From: Octopus vulgaris
Taxonomy: Eukaryota
Assembly: GCA_951406725.2 (NCBI GenBank)
Contig: OX597817.1
Span: 66,030,001 to 66,094,000 of the forward strand
Direction: 5' to 3'
Length of the DNA: 64,000 bases
Shown here piece by piece: positions 62,104 to 64,000 of this stretch (within the stretch, counting starts at the first letter, position 1; the number at the start of each line of letters is the position of its first letter). Under the pieces are notes generated by a model that made no database searches, was not told the origin of the DNA, and saw only the letters and a list, made by a program, of their open reading frames with translations. A program made the translations under genes and the position numbers.

Positions 62104-64000
62104 TTAAATCAACTCCATTTCCGTGACCGGTATTTCGTTTTATCGACCCCAGTCAGATGAAAGGTAAAGATGAATTAGTCGATTAAACAAGGGCCATCCG
62201 ACGCCTTAACGACCAATTCTCAAAACGCATTGAGGCTGTGATATTCATGCCTCTTTCGATATTTATGTCGTCGTAAGTTGAACTGGTCTCAGCGGAAAGT
62301 TTTTCATCTTTAAATTATATCTAAAGTTTTTAAAAAATAGATACTTTTAAATAGTGATTTCTTTAACAAGACGCAGGTGAAATTTTGTTGGATGAAATTA
62401 TGAGTGGTATATTTCATCTCGAATGTTACAGGTATTATATCAAATTCTGAAATATGTATTGCAAAGTCAACCACGGCAGTATTTGAACTTAGAAAACTGA
62501 GAAACTGTGCTAGATATCATTAGGTAGCTACGAATTTGTTGCACAGTCCATCCGCATTTAGTAGAGTCAACTGTTTTCCATGCATTTGCACAAGATCTTC
62601 TCTTGGAGAATAACTCACAACTCGTTTCTTCTCCGTTTCTTATTAAATCGTATTAGATCTTGGGGAAAGTGTTTGAGCTGCCCTTCTTCCTCTTGGTCAT
62701 ATAATAATAATCCTTACTGCTATAAGCATGCCTGAAGTTTGGGAGGAAGCGGCTAGTGGGTTACATTGGCCTCAGTGCTCAACTGACACTTATTTCATGG
62801 ACCCCCAAAAGGATGAAAGGCAAAATCGACCTCGGCAGAATGTGAACTCAGATCGTAAAACCTGAAGAACTGTCGCTGTGCCAACGATTCTGCCAGATCG
62901 TAATAATAATAATAATAATCTTTTCTACTGTAGGCACAAGGCCTGAAATTTGTGGGGAGTGGATTAAGTTCCAGTCATGTGCTGGGGTCGATGTAATCGA
63001 CCCCAGTACTTGACTGGAACTTAATTTATCGACCCCGAAAGGATGAAAGGCAAAGTGAACCTTGGCAGTATTTGAACTTAGGAGAAATGCCATTAAGCAT
63101 TTTTATTTTGTCCGATAACGATTCAACTCCCGACCATCACTAGCCGGTCATATTTTTATTTTTCCACCCTTCATAATTCTCAGGTTCTAAATCTACGCTG
63201 TGAATGCTCTTGGGAAAACAGAAACGTTACACTTTTTTTAATTCATTTATAAATTTTTTCTAAAATATAAAGTATTTGTGCTTAATCAACGTAAAACAAT
63301 ATCCACTACATCCAGTACATAAATGGACATGAAGCTTTTTTAAAAAAAAGCAAAAGTATTACGCATTCTGTGTCCACAATTAATAAGTTGGTCATCTTTC
63401 GTTATGGACAATAAGTTTTTACTTTAGGGTGTTCCGTAATTAGTATCTCAGACAGCAGTCCCAACCAAATAACTTATTCTCTGTTGCTCTTAGTTTTCGT
63501 TACAAAACTTGATTTATTTTCATTATATCAATATTCTTGGAATTATTTAGCACTGGCGCAGCAAATTTCACAATATTGATATAATAAAATTTTGGAAACA
63601 CTGCAACTAATCTCGGTCAGGAACTTTATAGCACATACATGTGTGTGTGTGTGTGACAGAGGCTGATGTATAAATATAAATGTTAATAAATATGAATGGA
63701 AGTTAGTGGTTGTTAAACGTCAACTAATCCACACCACCCTCACATATGCGTGAAGTGGAATGCCCCAATTACGAGGCGTGCAACATTTTGAAAGTTTGAG
63801 AGGAGTTGTAAGTTCGTGTATTTTCTTTTAGTAAAGGTGGAGATAATGTCAATAATCGTATATATGTAGTGATTGAATTTTAAATAACTGAGATAAGAAC
63901 TGTAGCTGTACTATACTTTCGTAAATCTTTTGTTTATCTTTTCACTTCACATGTTTTAAGCCATATACACATTTCTGATAAATGTTTACATAGAAATAAC

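Overview
AT-rich animal genomic DNA; the SINE/RTE/microsatellite repertoire suggests an octopus (inference). Two convergent nuclear genes for mitochondrial proteins were assembled by hand from splice sites. MRPL50 is on + (4 coding exons, 1640-9939, 220 aa). ADHFE1/HOT is on - (14 coding exons, 61710-11289, 475 aa; exon 2 is the least certain). Introns contain tRNA-derived SINEs, RTE-type LINE fragments, mariner/piggyBac/hAT/9-bp-TSD MITEs, Penelope-like RT and GIY-YIG remnants, and many fold-back hairpins. The most notable signal is a set of type I hammerhead ribozyme (HHR) motifs. Three with intact cores lie in ADHFE1 intron 1: 45457-45491 (-), 52342-52414 (+) and 58901-58992 (+). One of these sits in a 470-bp tandem unit resembling a non-LTR retrozyme. 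Several decayed HHRs also occur, one inside a 278-bp insert with a 13-bp target-site duplication. All folding and alignment was done by eye; no searches were run.
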